Positions 18,060 to 27,858 are shown, counted from the stretch's first letter. The stretch is DNA of 33,021 bases from an uncultured Candidatus Poseidoniales archaeon (GCA_964441035.1 CAYYKF010000006.1:2160-35180), one strand, 5' to 3'. The notes: generated by a model not told the origin, from the sequence alone. Numbers and translations: made by a program.

Positions 18060-19100
18060 TCAAAGGTCCGCTAATTCACTAAGATACAATATACGCATGC
18101 TATGTTCAAATGCCGCAGCGTTGCCCCATGCGTCCAAAATATTTGCACCGAGGGCGTACAACCCATGTCCCCTTGCGACAAACAATTTATTCCCTGTTTG
18201 TTTCAGTGCTTCCGTAATCTCAACAAGGTATCCTTCCATGTCATTATATTGCACATCAACAATCGTTGCGCGGCCAAATTCTGTTTTGCCATCATGATCC
18301 TTAGGAACCAGCGCATAGCGGTCTTTCTCCAAACTCATTGTCGTGGTGTATGGCGCATGGACGTGGATGCAAGCACCCAATCCTTCGTGTTCCAACGAAG
18401 CAATCGCAAGCGCCACTGAATGTATTTGCCAATCTTCACCGGCTCCGACCGGTCCGGACTCGCCAAGATTACCTGTCACGATGTCTGCTTCGTTGAGTTG
18501 ACCCAATGCACAATCTCTACGCGAGATATGAACCAATCCAGGGTGTGATGTTGACAACGTACTCATGGACCCCGCTGTTCCATGAACGAGTCTCTCTCTG
18601 TGTAATTGGCGTCCAAGGGCTGAAAACATTCCAACAACTTCGCCTGGAACGACGAAACCATCGCCAACTATAGGTGGCATTGGTGGGTTTTCGACGTCTT
18701 GAATTACTTCTGCAGCTACAGACATGCCCTGCTTAAGTTCTGCATTTTCCTCGCGTAGGCGCTCCAATTCGACCTTCTCATCGCCGTCGATCGTTTTTTT
18801 GGCCTCAACTGCCATTTCTTCTCCGGCGCTTACGACTACTGAGGATCCTGTTTGCATCGTCTGTGCTCCAGATGGGGCAGAGGGGGGTCCAGAGGATAGA
18901 GATGCAGATGAAGGAGGTCCTCCACCATACATCGTCGGGCCGCCCGTGCTGCGTCCAGCAGAGATTGATGGGGGTCCTGTAGATGGGGCTCGCGGTGGCC
19001 CAGCAGGAGGTCCGCTCGGTGGTGATTGAGGTGGACCACCAGTCACTTTTGCCAGCATTTCATTGGACTCTGCTCCGTCCTCTAATTCGTCTTCCGCCAT
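18060..19100 (-). CDS. Class II aldolase/adducin-family protein with N-terminal Pro/Ser/Gly-rich region and coiled coil
   Basis: GTAGSMS, EDWQIH, CIHVHAPY, ARGHG Zn ligands; true start MAEDELE at 19100 because the longer ORF runs through tRNA-Asp. Confidence 0.82.
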   Translation of the reverse strand: MAEDELEDGAESNEMLAKVTGGPPQSPPSGPPAGPPRAPSTGPPSISAGRSTGGPTMYGGGPPSSASLSSGPPSAPSGAQTMQTGSSVVVSAGEEMAVEAKKTIDGDEKVELERLREENAELKQGMSVAAEVIQDVENPPMPPIVGDGFVVPGEVVGMFSALGRQLHRERLVHGTAGSMSTLSTSHPGLVHISRRDCALGQLNEADIVTGNLGESGPVGAGEDWQIHSVALAIASLEHEGLGACIHVHAPYTTTMSLEKDRYALVPKDHDGKTEFGRATIVDVQYNDMEGYLVEITEALKQTGNKLFVARGHGLYALGANILDAWGNAAAFEHSMRILYLSELADL

Positions 19101-19129
19101 CCTCGCACCCACCCAGCGGATGACGTGCC

Positions 19130-19139
19130 GATTAAATAC
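19130..19139. promoter_or_regulatory. Probable bidirectional TATA box between the aldolase-like gene and tRNA-Asp
   Basis: GATTAAATAC is the only AT-rich patch in a GC-rich 64-bp spacer, about 30 nt from both divergent starts. Confidence 0.6.
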
Positions 19140-19164
19140 AGGTCCGCTGTCGCCAAGTCGCTTA

Positions 19165-19240
19165 GCCCCTGTAGTGTAGTGGCCTATCATGGAGCCCTGT
19201 CGAGGCTCCGACCCGGGTTCAAATCCCGGCGGGGGCGCCA
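19165..19240 (+). tRNA. tRNA-Asp(GTC)
   Basis: Acceptor GCCCCTG/CGGGGGC, anticodon arm GAGCC-CTGTCGA-GGCTC, T-arm CCGGG-TTCAAAT-CCCGG, encoded 3' CCA. Confidence 0.97.
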
Positions 19241-19280
19241 ATTGTGCTAGTCTAGCAATCGAGTAGCAGGTGAAGATTTC

Positions 19281-20384
19281 TCAATGATTCATCCGAATCT
19301 CAAATCTACATAACAATTGAGTGACTGAATATGAGCGGCGGATTGAGAATTCTAATTCTGAAACCATTGGGAATATATTGCGTATTTCCTCCTCCGTAGC
19401 AGAGATGTTGCTTTCTTCTACGACAATCCACCCTCGGAGCAAAGTAGGAGTGGAGTCTCTGAGCAAGGGGATGACTGATGGGAGGTGAGATAGTGTGCTA
19501 TGGGGAATATTGATGAGCAATACATCAAAACTTCCTCTTAATTCGGTAACTGTTGAGAGTGAAAGGGCATCCATACAATGAACGTCAACATTGTTGTATT
19601 CACTCAAGTTTTCTTTCATTAAATCAACTGCATCTGGATTGAGGTCGCTACCCCAAGCATGCTCAATGAGGTCTTCTTCAGCCAGCAATGGCACCAATGC
19701 TGGGCCCACTCCGGCATAGGGGTCACAAATTCTCAGTTTGCGCCCTAATTTATTACGCAACGCGTGACAACTGGTGATTGTATCTTCTCTTTCCTTTGAG
19801 AGCCTAGCAGAGAAATATGCTTTCGTTGGATCGACCCAATACTTGTGACCCGATTCCTTTACCTGAGTCCGACAATCTAGATTGTCGTCGAAATGGAGAT
19901 TGACGGAGGCGGTGGTTCTCTCTGCAAGTGGAATGAGATTGCGTACACGATATTCGCCTGAAACCCCCTCATCCTTCAGCACCATACGGATGCGTGTGTG
20001 TTGGGCCAGCATTGCTTGAGCTATTTCTAATTCATATCTCAATACTTCTTCTGGAATTTTCACCAAGATAATGTCGCCAAGAATCTCGTGCCGCATTGGC
20101 CAGTATTCTGCAAAATTAACTACTGTCTCTGCATCGATGTATGTGTTCAGGTGATCCCTATACGAACGGGGGGGGTTGCTGGGTTGGTCTGCCTCAATGA
20201 TTGGAAAATTGAATAATTTAGATACACGGTCGAGGATGTCCGAGTCATCAATAATCGGAATCAATCGACGTGTTTCATCTGATGGATCTGTGATGATGCG
20301 AGCACCTTTGGGCGTACACTTCTGCTCCCTCAAAGATGACAATATCTTCGCCGTATCTGCACTCGGCACGCTCAAATGACGCAT
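19281..20384 (-). CDS. trm5: Trm5/TYW2 (Met-10+) family tRNA methyltransferase
   Basis: HEILGDIILVKIP, VSGEYRVR, KESG...VDPTKAYFSARL, DPYAGVGP, DLNPDAV. Confidence 0.85.
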   Translation of the reverse strand: MRHLSVPSADTAKILSSLREQKCTPKGARIITDPSDETRRLIPIIDDSDILDRVSKLFNFPIIEADQPSNPPRSYRDHLNTYIDAETVVNFAEYWPMRHEILGDIILVKIPEEVLRYELEIAQAMLAQHTRIRMVLKDEGVSGEYRVRNLIPLAERTTASVNLHFDDNLDCRTQVKESGHKYWVDPTKAYFSARLSKEREDTITSCHALRNKLGRKLRICDPYAGVGPALVPLLAEEDLIEHAWGSDLNPDAVDLMKENLSEYNNVDVHCMDALSLSTVTELRGSFDVLLINIPHSTLSHLPSVIPLLRDSTPTLLRGWIVVEESNISATEEEIRNIFPMVSELEFSIRRSYSVTQLLCRFEIRMNH

Positions 20385-20438
20385 GTCACTCGACGTGCCC
20401 ACTGGCGCCTCGCGCTTGACGATGACGGATGTAATGAT

Positions 20439-21215
20439 ATGCGAGATAGTGGTCTTTGGCTAATTGGTATTGGTCCTGGGTGTTTAGAGAACATGTCAAC
20501 GCGTGCGCTTGCAGAAGCGAGTTCTTCCGATTACCGGTTTTTGGAAGGATATACTTCGTTGCTTCCGGCTGAGTCGTTAGAAAAATTAGAGAATTTGATT
20601 GGGAGTTGGAGTCTTCGAATGCGTTCCTCGATTGAAAAACCTGATGAACTTCTAGAATTGGCAAAATCATCCAAAGTTGCACTGCTAATCATCGGTGACC
20701 CGTTGCAAGCAACGACGCATGTTGATTTACAACTCCGTTGCAAGGAGGTTGGTGTTCGATGTGAGGTTGTACATGGTATTTCGATTACCACGATTGTCAC
20801 TGGTGCTGTTGGACTCCAATCCTATCGTTTCGGTAGGCAGTGCACTTTTGCTTATCCTTACGGAGATTATCTGCCTACAAGCCCACTAGAGATTATTCTG
20901 TCAAACAAAGAAAATGATCTTCATACGCTAGCATTACTGGATTTAGATCCAACGGGATCTGGTGAAGGGGAACAAAAACCCATGCAGCCTTCCAAGGCAA
21001 TCGATGTGCTTCGAAAGATGGCTGCTCACCTAGATGTCGACATAGAAGGGTGGACAATTGTTCTATGCTCCGATATGGGAACTGGTGATGGACAAATTAT
21101 AGCTGGAACTCCTAGACAGATAGAGGGTATTTCTGATGGGCGCATTCATTGTCTCGTCATTCCAGCCAATTTACATGATGTTGAAGCCGCTGCCCTTGAG
21201 CGATGGAGTTTCTGA
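20439..21215 (+). CDS. dph5: Diphthine synthase
   Basis: LWLIGIG, FLEGYTS, GDPLQATTH, GLQSYRFG, LHTLALLD, HCLVIPANLHDVE. Confidence 0.95.
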   Translation: MRDSGLWLIGIGPGCLENMSTRALAEASSSDYRFLEGYTSLLPAESLEKLENLIGSWSLRMRSSIEKPDELLELAKSSKVALLIIGDPLQATTHVDLQLRCKEVGVRCEVVHGISITTIVTGAVGLQSYRFGRQCTFAYPYGDYLPTSPLEIILSNKENDLHTLALLDLDPTGSGEGEQKPMQPSKAIDVLRKMAAHLDVDIEGWTIVLCSDMGTGDGQIIAGTPRQIEGISDGRIHCLVIPANLHDVEAAALERWSF

Positions 21216-21269
21216 TTGATGAGCCGGAGGCGTCAAGCGTTTGATGTGGCTGCGGTGGGTGGGATAACC

Positions 21270-22946
21270 ATGGCCGGACCAAGTAAAGTGGAGTTTCCCG
21301 GCAAGAAGAAACAGCAACGAATGCGTGCACGTGGGACGAAGCGTGCTTCGGCTGGAGTTCTAAAAAAACTTGAGAAGAATTTGTCCGAATTACTTGATGA
21401 CCCTGCTGCAATATTGCCAATGGCAGAATATGTAGTCCGGCGTATGAGGAAGGATCCTGTTCAACGATCTCTCAGAGAATGTGCAAGAGTCATTGCGAAG
21501 AAGAATGATCGCAGATGGTTGGGTAAAAGGATGGTTAAGAGAAGTGGGGATGGTGTGGCACGGGCATTGGCCGGTTCGCTGCATGCTGCTCACGACGATG
21601 AGCGAAGCATGGTTGCGGTCTTTGAGCATCCTGTCTTTGGTACCGCCTCTTTCGTTAGGAGAGGTGTTGCAAAACCTACCCAGTTAGTTTCTTTCCAAAA
21701 TCATTCACACCCTTCACAACGTTTGTTGGTATGGGAGGAACATGCTAGGTCTGGTTGGTGGTTTTTCTCGATTGATTCTGGTATCATATGCACTGGCTTA
21801 CAACCTGACCCGCCAGACGAATGGTTGGCCATGGGATTGGATGAGGGGCCCATTCAATTTACGGCAGATAATGGAAATTATCATTCGCCGAAATCTGAAG
21901 AGGATGACAATCATCTCCAATTCAAAATTGGCCAGAATACTGTAATCCTTGCAGAAGAAGATTTGGAAGATGTGAGTGATGATGAGTCCTTTATCCAAAG
22001 TATAGCCCTGCGAATGTTACCTCCAAAATTATCTTCGTTTGCAACTGTTGATTGGAATTGGCGGCCGGATGGTTGGCCCGAAGGTAAAGAATTGCCGAAA
22101 TCTGCTAACGACAGAGTGGATGAGGTGTTGGATGCATGGATGGAGCTTGCAATACCTGATGCGAAATTGACTTCTTCCTTACGTAAAGCACTCTGTTACA
22201 ACCTAGATGATGGGTGTGTCATTGGAGAGCGGTGGTGGCCCATGGATGAAATGGGTTCCATGATTGAAACGATGTCTGGCTCTGCTCCTGAAAAGGAGGC
22301 GCTTCACCTCATTCTTGAAGAGGCTCTTGAAGAGAATGGGTTGTACATAGGTGGGGATGGAGCATTTACAGAACTCGATGATGATGTTGTTCGCATGGAA
22401 GAAAAATCATGCCATGCAAATCTAATCGCATTGTGGCCTGCTTGGGGAGATTTGGTTCTGGAAGAAATGTACGGTATTACTGGTGAGGCTGCAGAAGAAA
22501 TTATCGAAAAACAGGTCAAAAAGAAGCAAGGGTTTGGAGCGTTCTTGAAAAAAATGGATGCACAACGAGCCGAACATGTATTGCTATCGAGGTTTCCTTG
22601 GAAGGAGGGGGATCTCGACGGGCTTTGTGGGAGGGCAGACTTGCTGGTTAGAAAGGCCCGAATTGATGGGGTGGGGAGCACTATTTCCATGGCAAAAAAA
22701 GGGCAAAATGCAGCTGAAAAAGCACTTGGTTGGGCTTGGATTAACGTACATGATAGAGCAGAATCTGAAGGTTGGCATTTCGACTCTGATTCGCGTGACA
22801 AGGGTGGTGATTGGGTGCCAGCAGTTGAAACTCTCTGGACAACGAGTGAAGATGTTGCAACTGGTGGCGATGTCTCGGCATATGTCGATGCGATGAAACA
22901 TCTCAGAAAAGTCACTGGCACAATGAGTGAATTACCTGATGTCTAA
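21270..22946 (+). CDS. Hypothetical soluble protein with very basic N-terminus
   Basis: 558-aa ORF from ATG 21270; KKKQQRMRARGTKRAS; no catalytic motif recognised. Confidence 0.75.
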   Translation: MAGPSKVEFPGKKKQQRMRARGTKRASAGVLKKLEKNLSELLDDPAAILPMAEYVVRRMRKDPVQRSLRECARVIAKKNDRRWLGKRMVKRSGDGVARALAGSLHAAHDDERSMVAVFEHPVFGTASFVRRGVAKPTQLVSFQNHSHPSQRLLVWEEHARSGWWFFSIDSGIICTGLQPDPPDEWLAMGLDEGPIQFTADNGNYHSPKSEEDDNHLQFKIGQNTVILAEEDLEDVSDDESFIQSIALRMLPPKLSSFATVDWNWRPDGWPEGKELPKSANDRVDEVLDAWMELAIPDAKLTSSLRKALCYNLDDGCVIGERWWPMDEMGSMIETMSGSAPEKEALHLILEEALEENGLYIGGDGAFTELDDDVVRMEEKSCHANLIALWPAWGDLVLEEMYGITGEAAEEIIEKQVKKKQGFGAFLKKMDAQRAEHVLLSRFPWKEGDLDGLCGRADLLVRKARIDGVGSTISMAKKGQNAAEKALGWAWINVHDRAESEGWHFDSDSRDKGGDWVPAVETLWTTSEDVATGGDVSAYVDAMKHLRKVTGTMSELPDV

Positions 22947-24103
22947 ACTGCATCAAGTGCTCTCTGTAAGTCTCGCCATAAATCCTCAGAGTCTTCGATT
23001 CCTACAGACAAGCGTATGAGGCCTGGCGTCACTCCAACTTCCAGCCTGCGGGCTTCTGGTGTGGCGGCATGTGTCATGCTCCAAGGATGGTTGATTAGAC
23101 TTTCAACCCCTCCGAGGCTCTCAGCTGTAGCAAATAATTTGGAGGCAGATGCAAACCTACGGGCGCCCGCCTCTCCTCCTTCCACTTCCATCGAAAGCAT
23201 ACCACCATAGCGGCGCATTTGATTAGATGCAATGTCATGTCCGCGATGCCCTTCTAATCCTGGGTAGAGGAGCCTAGTTACCTTAGGATGATTTGCTAAA
23301 TTTTCAACAAGGTTTTCGGCATTATCACAATGTCTTTCCATACGTAAAGCGAGCGTTCGGATTCCTCTTATCGTTAAAAAGCAATCAAGTGGAGAGGGGA
23401 CTGCACCAAGCGTATTCTGGAGGAATTTAATTTGTTCATCGAGTAATGGGTCTCGAGTCACCACTGCTCCACCAATCAAATCTGAATGCCCAGCGATATA
23501 CTTGGTTGTTGAATGGACAACAATATCTGCACCCAATTGTAACGGTCTTTGCAACACAGGGCTTGCAAATGTGTTGTCAACCACTACAATCCACCCTCTT
23601 TCATGTGCCTCCTTAGACAATGCCGATATATCGTGAATGTTGAGGAGGGGGTTGGTTGGCGTTTCTAACCAAAGCATGCGTGTGTTTTCTTGTGCACATG
23701 CAGCCAAATCTCCAACACCAAGTTCACTGTATGTTGTTTCGACACCGAATTTTGATAACACTTGATCAAATAATCTAGCAGTGCCCCCATACAAGTCAGA
23801 TGCCGCAACGATGTGACTGTCTGATTCCAATAATTGGGTAACTGTTGTGATTGCAGCCATGCCACTTGCAAAGGCACTGCCATAAGCTGGCTCATCTGGA
23901 GATTCCAATTCTGCAATGGCTGCTTCTAGAACTTCGCGTGTTGGGTTTTGGCTACGAGAATATTCGTAACCTGTGTGGTCTGCGAAATCATGTTGTACGT
24001 AGGTTGATGTTTGGAAAATTGGCACCTGAACTGCACCAGTTTTTTCGTCGGGATCTGCAGAAGCATGGACTGAACGGGTTGATTCACCACATTCATTACT
24101 CAT
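22943..24103 (-). CDS. Cystathionine gamma-lyase / gamma-synthase (PLP Cys/Met metabolism family)
   Basis: PIFQTSTY, YEYSRSQNPTR, WLETPTNP, VVDNTFASP, HSTTKYIAGHSD (PLP Lys), AESLGGVESL, RLSVGIED. Confidence 0.93.
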   Translation of the reverse strand: MSNECGESTRSVHASADPDEKTGAVQVPIFQTSTYVQHDFADHTGYEYSRSQNPTREVLEAAIAELESPDEPAYGSAFASGMAAITTVTQLLESDSHIVAASDLYGGTARLFDQVLSKFGVETTYSELGVGDLAACAQENTRMLWLETPTNPLLNIHDISALSKEAHERGWIVVVDNTFASPVLQRPLQLGADIVVHSTTKYIAGHSDLIGGAVVTRDPLLDEQIKFLQNTLGAVPSPLDCFLTIRGIRTLALRMERHCDNAENLVENLANHPKVTRLLYPGLEGHRGHDIASNQMRRYGGMLSMEVEGGEAGARRFASASKLFATAESLGGVESLINHPWSMTHAATPEARRLEVGVTPGLIRLSVGIEDSEDLWRDLQRALDAV

Positions 24104-24107
24104 CCAA

Positions 24108-25133
24108 TCACTCCCAATTCTCTGGTTCAAATCCATTGTCACGAAGCCATGGGTCGTTGTAAAGTTTCGAAAGGTATGGGTTGCCTGCGTCGGGAAGAAT
24201 GACGACAACTTTGGCAGACTCTCCGCGGGCGTCGGCCTCTTCTGCTAACTCAATGGCAACATGAAGGGCGGCACCTGCTGAGCCGCCACAAAACAAGCCT
24301 TCAGTTCTGGCTAATGCTCGTGTAATTTTGAAACATATCTCATCATCGACTTGGCGGATTTCATCAATATGGGTGAAATCTGTGGCGGATGGTATGAAGT
24401 CCTCTCCGAATCCTTCAACCAAGTAGCTGTGAGGTTCGCCCATCGTCCCTTTCTCAAAATATTCTTTTAGAATTGATCCCACTGGATCGACACCAATAAT
24501 TTTGGGGGCTGGTTTGCCTTCTTTTTCTGCTGCGTCGTGAAGGGCTGTGGCACATCCCGTGATTGTTCCGCCTGTTCCCATCGTAGCAACAAAATGCGTA
24601 ATGCCGCCTGCAGTTTGTCGCCAAATTTCTGGACCGGTCGAGAGTACATGTGCTAGTGGATTAGCCTGATGCGAATACTGGTCCGGATAATACGCTCCGG
24701 GAATCTCGCGTGCCAATCTTGCGGCCACTTCGTAGTATGAACGAGGATCTTCTTTCTCGACTGCAGTAGGACATACATGAACCTCGGCACCAATCGCTCG
24801 GAGAAGGTCAATCTTCTCCTGTGCCATCTTGTCTGGCATTGTGAAGATGCAATGATATCCTCTCTGAGCTGCAACCATGGCCAATCCAATGCCCGTGTTT
24901 CCACTCGTGGCCTCGATAATTGTCCCTCCTGGTTTCAACAACCCATTGGCTTCACCATCCAATACCATTTGGAGACCTATTCGATCTTTGATGGACCCGC
25001 CTGGATTACATCGTTCCAATTTGACCCAAACTTCAGAACCCTGAAGGTGTGATGTGATTCTATTCAAGCGAATCAGTGGTGTATTACCAATAGCATCAAC
25101 TGCATCTGCATACGCGCCGGCTGGCAATTCCAT
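24108..25133 (-). CDS. cbs: Cystathionine beta-synthase (catalytic core only)
   Basis: IGNTPLIRL, NPGGSIKDR, EATSGNTG, MPDKMAQEK, SYYEVAARL, GTGGT, YLVEGFG, PDAGNPYLSK; these are CBS-type rather than CysK-type signatures; 4-nt gap to the lyase. Confidence 0.85.
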   Translation of the reverse strand: MELPAGAYADAVDAIGNTPLIRLNRITSHLQGSEVWVKLERCNPGGSIKDRIGLQMVLDGEANGLLKPGGTIIEATSGNTGIGLAMVAAQRGYHCIFTMPDKMAQEKIDLLRAIGAEVHVCPTAVEKEDPRSYYEVAARLAREIPGAYYPDQYSHQANPLAHVLSTGPEIWRQTAGGITHFVATMGTGGTITGCATALHDAAEKEGKPAPKIIGVDPVGSILKEYFEKGTMGEPHSYLVEGFGEDFIPSATDFTHIDEIRQVDDEICFKITRALARTEGLFCGGSAGAALHVAIELAEEADARGESAKVVVILPDAGNPYLSKLYNDPWLRDNGFEPENWE

Positions 25134-25221
25134 ATCATGGCGCTCATGCCAATTTGATATGATGATTCGCACTGAGCGAACTGCATCAATTATGTATTCG
25201 GGAAGCGAAATGTCGCTAACT

Positions 25222-25548
25222 CTATTCTCGATTGAGGGTGGATTGGGCCCATACGTAGTAGTCAACATTTGCTGTAACTGGCCATGAGATAATTTGTGGT
25301 GTCTCGTAAGGGTGTGCTGACGCAATCGCTTCTCTCAATACTGCTTCATAGATTTCATCGGTTTTGAATTGAAGGAGCCATTCATTTTCTGATTGTAATT
25401 TACCTTCCCAACGATACACCGAGCGAATTCTTTGAATTTGGATACATGCAGAACCCTGCTCTAGAAGTTCATGTGCGAAATTGCCTACTTCTGCCTCGTT
25501 CCATGTTCCAGGCAATGTTGTCTGAACAATATGCAAGGGATGTCCCAT
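25222..25548 (-). CDS. cutA: Divalent-cation tolerance protein CutA
   Basis: SACIQ, IRSVYRWEG, HPYETPQII, YYVW. Confidence 0.93.
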   Translation of the reverse strand: MGHPLHIVQTTLPGTWNEAEVGNFAHELLEQGSACIQIQRIRSVYRWEGKLQSENEWLLQFKTDEIYEAVLREAIASAHPYETPQIISWPVTANVDYYVWAQSTLNRE

Positions 25549-25633
25549 GTTATTGCGAGAGGCTTCATTCTCTTTGAATGGAGCGCCCCAACGCTTGAAG
25601 GCTGTATTGTATTGCATCGATTCGGTGAAAGCA

Positions 25634-26974
25634 ATGGATTGGGATTCTCCAATCGACTCCGGTCCGATTCCAGTATCGGGTGGTCACTATGATGTCATCG
25701 TAGTTGGTGGTGGTCCCGGGGGTAGTGCAACCGCCGCATACATGGCGATGGCTGGTCACAATGTACTGCTGCTAGAGAAGGCAATATGGCCCAGAGACAA
25801 AACTTGTGGAGATGCTGTTGGTGGAAAATCATTGAAACATGTAGAAGAAATTGGTGTGAAGGCTGTGTTGGAAGCTACACCCCACTTCCGTGTTGACGGA
25901 ATTGTTTTCTCTTCACCTAATGGAAATGAGGTTTGTATTGCGTTACCTGAAGAAGAGGTAGAAAACCGAGAGGCTGGATACAGTTTACCTCGACGTCAAT
26001 TTGATACTATTATGTTCCGAAATGCGACAGAAAAAGTTCTGTCTGCTGGTGGAGTTGTAATTCAAAATTTCACAGTAACTGAAATCCATTTAGAGGAGAT
26101 GGAAATTGTTGGTGTTTCAGGCGTCGTTGGTGGTAAGCGCAGTGGAAATGATGTATTGCGCTTTAGTGCTCCATTAACTGTAGGTGCTGGGGGATATAAT
26201 TGCCCTGTTGCTAGAATGATTACTGAAGTACATGGAGAGCCCATGGTTGACAAAGATCACTACTGTGGCGCCTACCGAGAGTATTGGACTAATGTTGGTG
26301 GTTGTGATGATTGGAAGGGGCCAATTGAAATTCATTTCATTGATGAAATCATACCTGGATATTTTTGGATTTTTCCGGTCGGAGATGGTATCGTCAATGT
26401 AGGAATTGGAATGGTAATATCTGAGATGGATAAGCAAAAGGTCAAACTTCGAGGATTGCAAGACTGGGTCATTAAGAAACATCCGAAATTCAGTAAACGA
26501 TTTGAACATTCAGAGATGATAAAAGGTAGTGGAAAAGGATGGCAGTTGCCCTTTGGGAGTCCGCGAAAGAAGGCGCCCTCATATCAACCAAGAAGGTCAG
26601 CTATGGCTGGTGCAGTGTGTGTAGGAGATGCTGCTTCATTGGTTGACGGATTTACTGGAGAAGGAATTGGAAATGCACTACTATCATCAAAATTAGCTTC
26701 AACTGTATTCGACATCGAAAAACATCGTGACGGATTCACAGAAGATTCTGCAATTGAATATCAACAATTGCTGTGGGATAAACTCTCTGCGGAATTAACT
26801 AACTCATACAAGTTACAACGTTTAGTCAGGAAAAAGCGTTTAATGAATTTCTTTATTGGTAAGGCTTCTCGCAAGGTTGAATTGCAGCGTGCCCTAACGG
26901 ACATGATTGCGTCTAAGGAGGCGCAGGGACAATTCCATTCGAAATGGTGGTTATTCAAGACACTCTTATTCTAG
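25634..26974 (+). CDS. Geranylgeranyl reductase family FAD oxidoreductase
   Basis: VVGGGPGGS, PRDKTCGD, PGYFWIFP, VGDAASLVDGFTGEGI; GGTGA RBS at 25624-25628. Confidence 0.9.
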   Translation: MDWDSPIDSGPIPVSGGHYDVIVVGGGPGGSATAAYMAMAGHNVLLLEKAIWPRDKTCGDAVGGKSLKHVEEIGVKAVLEATPHFRVDGIVFSSPNGNEVCIALPEEEVENREAGYSLPRRQFDTIMFRNATEKVLSAGGVVIQNFTVTEIHLEEMEIVGVSGVVGGKRSGNDVLRFSAPLTVGAGGYNCPVARMITEVHGEPMVDKDHYCGAYREYWTNVGGCDDWKGPIEIHFIDEIIPGYFWIFPVGDGIVNVGIGMVISEMDKQKVKLRGLQDWVIKKHPKFSKRFEHSEMIKGSGKGWQLPFGSPRKKAPSYQPRRSAMAGAVCVGDAASLVDGFTGEGIGNALLSSKLASTVFDIEKHRDGFTEDSAIEYQQLLWDKLSAELTNSYKLQRLVRKKRLMNFFIGKASRKVELQRALTDMIASKEAQGQFHSKWWLFKTLLF

Positions 26975-26982
26975 GTGATATT

Positions 26983-27771
26983 ATGGACGAGTCATTATCC
27001 GATATTGACGCTGTATTCCTTGATTTGGATGGGACAATTTATCTTGGTAACGAATTGATTCCTGGTGCCTTAGCGTTCCTTTCACGGTGTGATGAACGGG
27101 GTGTCAAACGGTTCTTCCTGTCCAATAATAGCAGCCGATCTGTGAATCAATATGTGGCTAAATTACAGGGTCTTGGCATCCCAGCCAATAGTGAGGATGT
27201 GTTATTATCTACTCACGATTTACTTTCATGGTTATCAGCTAATGAAATATCTGAGACGTGGTTGGTCGGCACAGAGGGGATGCGGGAAATGATGGAAAAT
27301 TCTGGTGTTTCAACCGCGTCAGATAATCCTCAGTATGTCGTGCTTGGGTATGATACTGAAATTACATATGAGAAAATTGCAACCGCTTCAATCCATTTAC
27401 ACAAAGGTGTTCCAATGGTTGCTAGCCATCCCGACATGGTTTGTCCCTCACCGGATGGGGGTTTGCCAGATACAGGAGCATACATGGCGATGTTTGAAGC
27501 CACGACCGGTGTTCGTCCTGTCCACATATGTGGTAAGCCAGAACCAGGGATGATTTTGCACAAAATTGAGGCATTAGACCTGATTCCCGAGCGTTGTGCG
27601 ATGGTGGGGGACCGGCTGTACACCGATATGGCAATGGCAACTCGGGCCGGGGTGCAAGGTGTCTTAGTTCTCAGCGGTGAGGCGAATTCTGAAGATGTTG
27701 TTGCATTGTCTAGTGGGGCTGAGCAAATGCCAACACTTGTTGTCGAATCTGTTGACTCTTTGTTGCGATAG
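26983..27771 (+). CDS. HAD-IIA (NagD-like) phosphatase
   Basis: FLDLDGTIY, LSNNSSR, CGKP, MVGDRLYTD, VLSG; AGGTGA RBS overlaps the upstream stop. Confidence 0.93.
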   Translation: MDESLSDIDAVFLDLDGTIYLGNELIPGALAFLSRCDERGVKRFFLSNNSSRSVNQYVAKLQGLGIPANSEDVLLSTHDLLSWLSANEISETWLVGTEGMREMMENSGVSTASDNPQYVVLGYDTEITYEKIATASIHLHKGVPMVASHPDMVCPSPDGGLPDTGAYMAMFEATTGVRPVHICGKPEPGMILHKIEALDLIPERCAMVGDRLYTDMAMATRAGVQGVLVLSGEANSEDVVALSSGAEQMPTLVVESVDSLLR

Positions 27772-27858
27772 CGGCTGAGATAAAATGGTCAGGAAAACGT
27801 CCCCTAGATGTTTTCTGTTAGCGGCGACTTCAAGTGCTCATTGGAAAATTCGGCGGTT

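Noticed and set aside
18880-19040. GGTCC/GGACC-rich repeats as a possible CRISPR or tandem repeat
   Set aside because: Irregular and explained by GPP codons; no constant repeat-spacer period and no cas genes.
15977-19240. Region between the two tRNAs as a possible genomic island
   Set aside because: Contains core genes (rfc, rpoP, guaAA); no integrase or duplicated tRNA 3' end seen.
19101-19241. N-terminal extension of the aldolase ORF (MAPPPGFEPG...)
   Set aside because: This is the antisense reading of tRNA-Asp and its promoter.
22304-22921. 205-aa antisense ORF
   Set aside because: Lies wholly opposite a longer protein-like gene; Ser-rich shadow frame.
24104-25633. Long apparent overlaps among lyase, cbs, cutA and GGR ORFs
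   Set aside because: Artefacts of longest-ORF start calling; they disappear with starts at 24103, 25133, 25548 and 25634.
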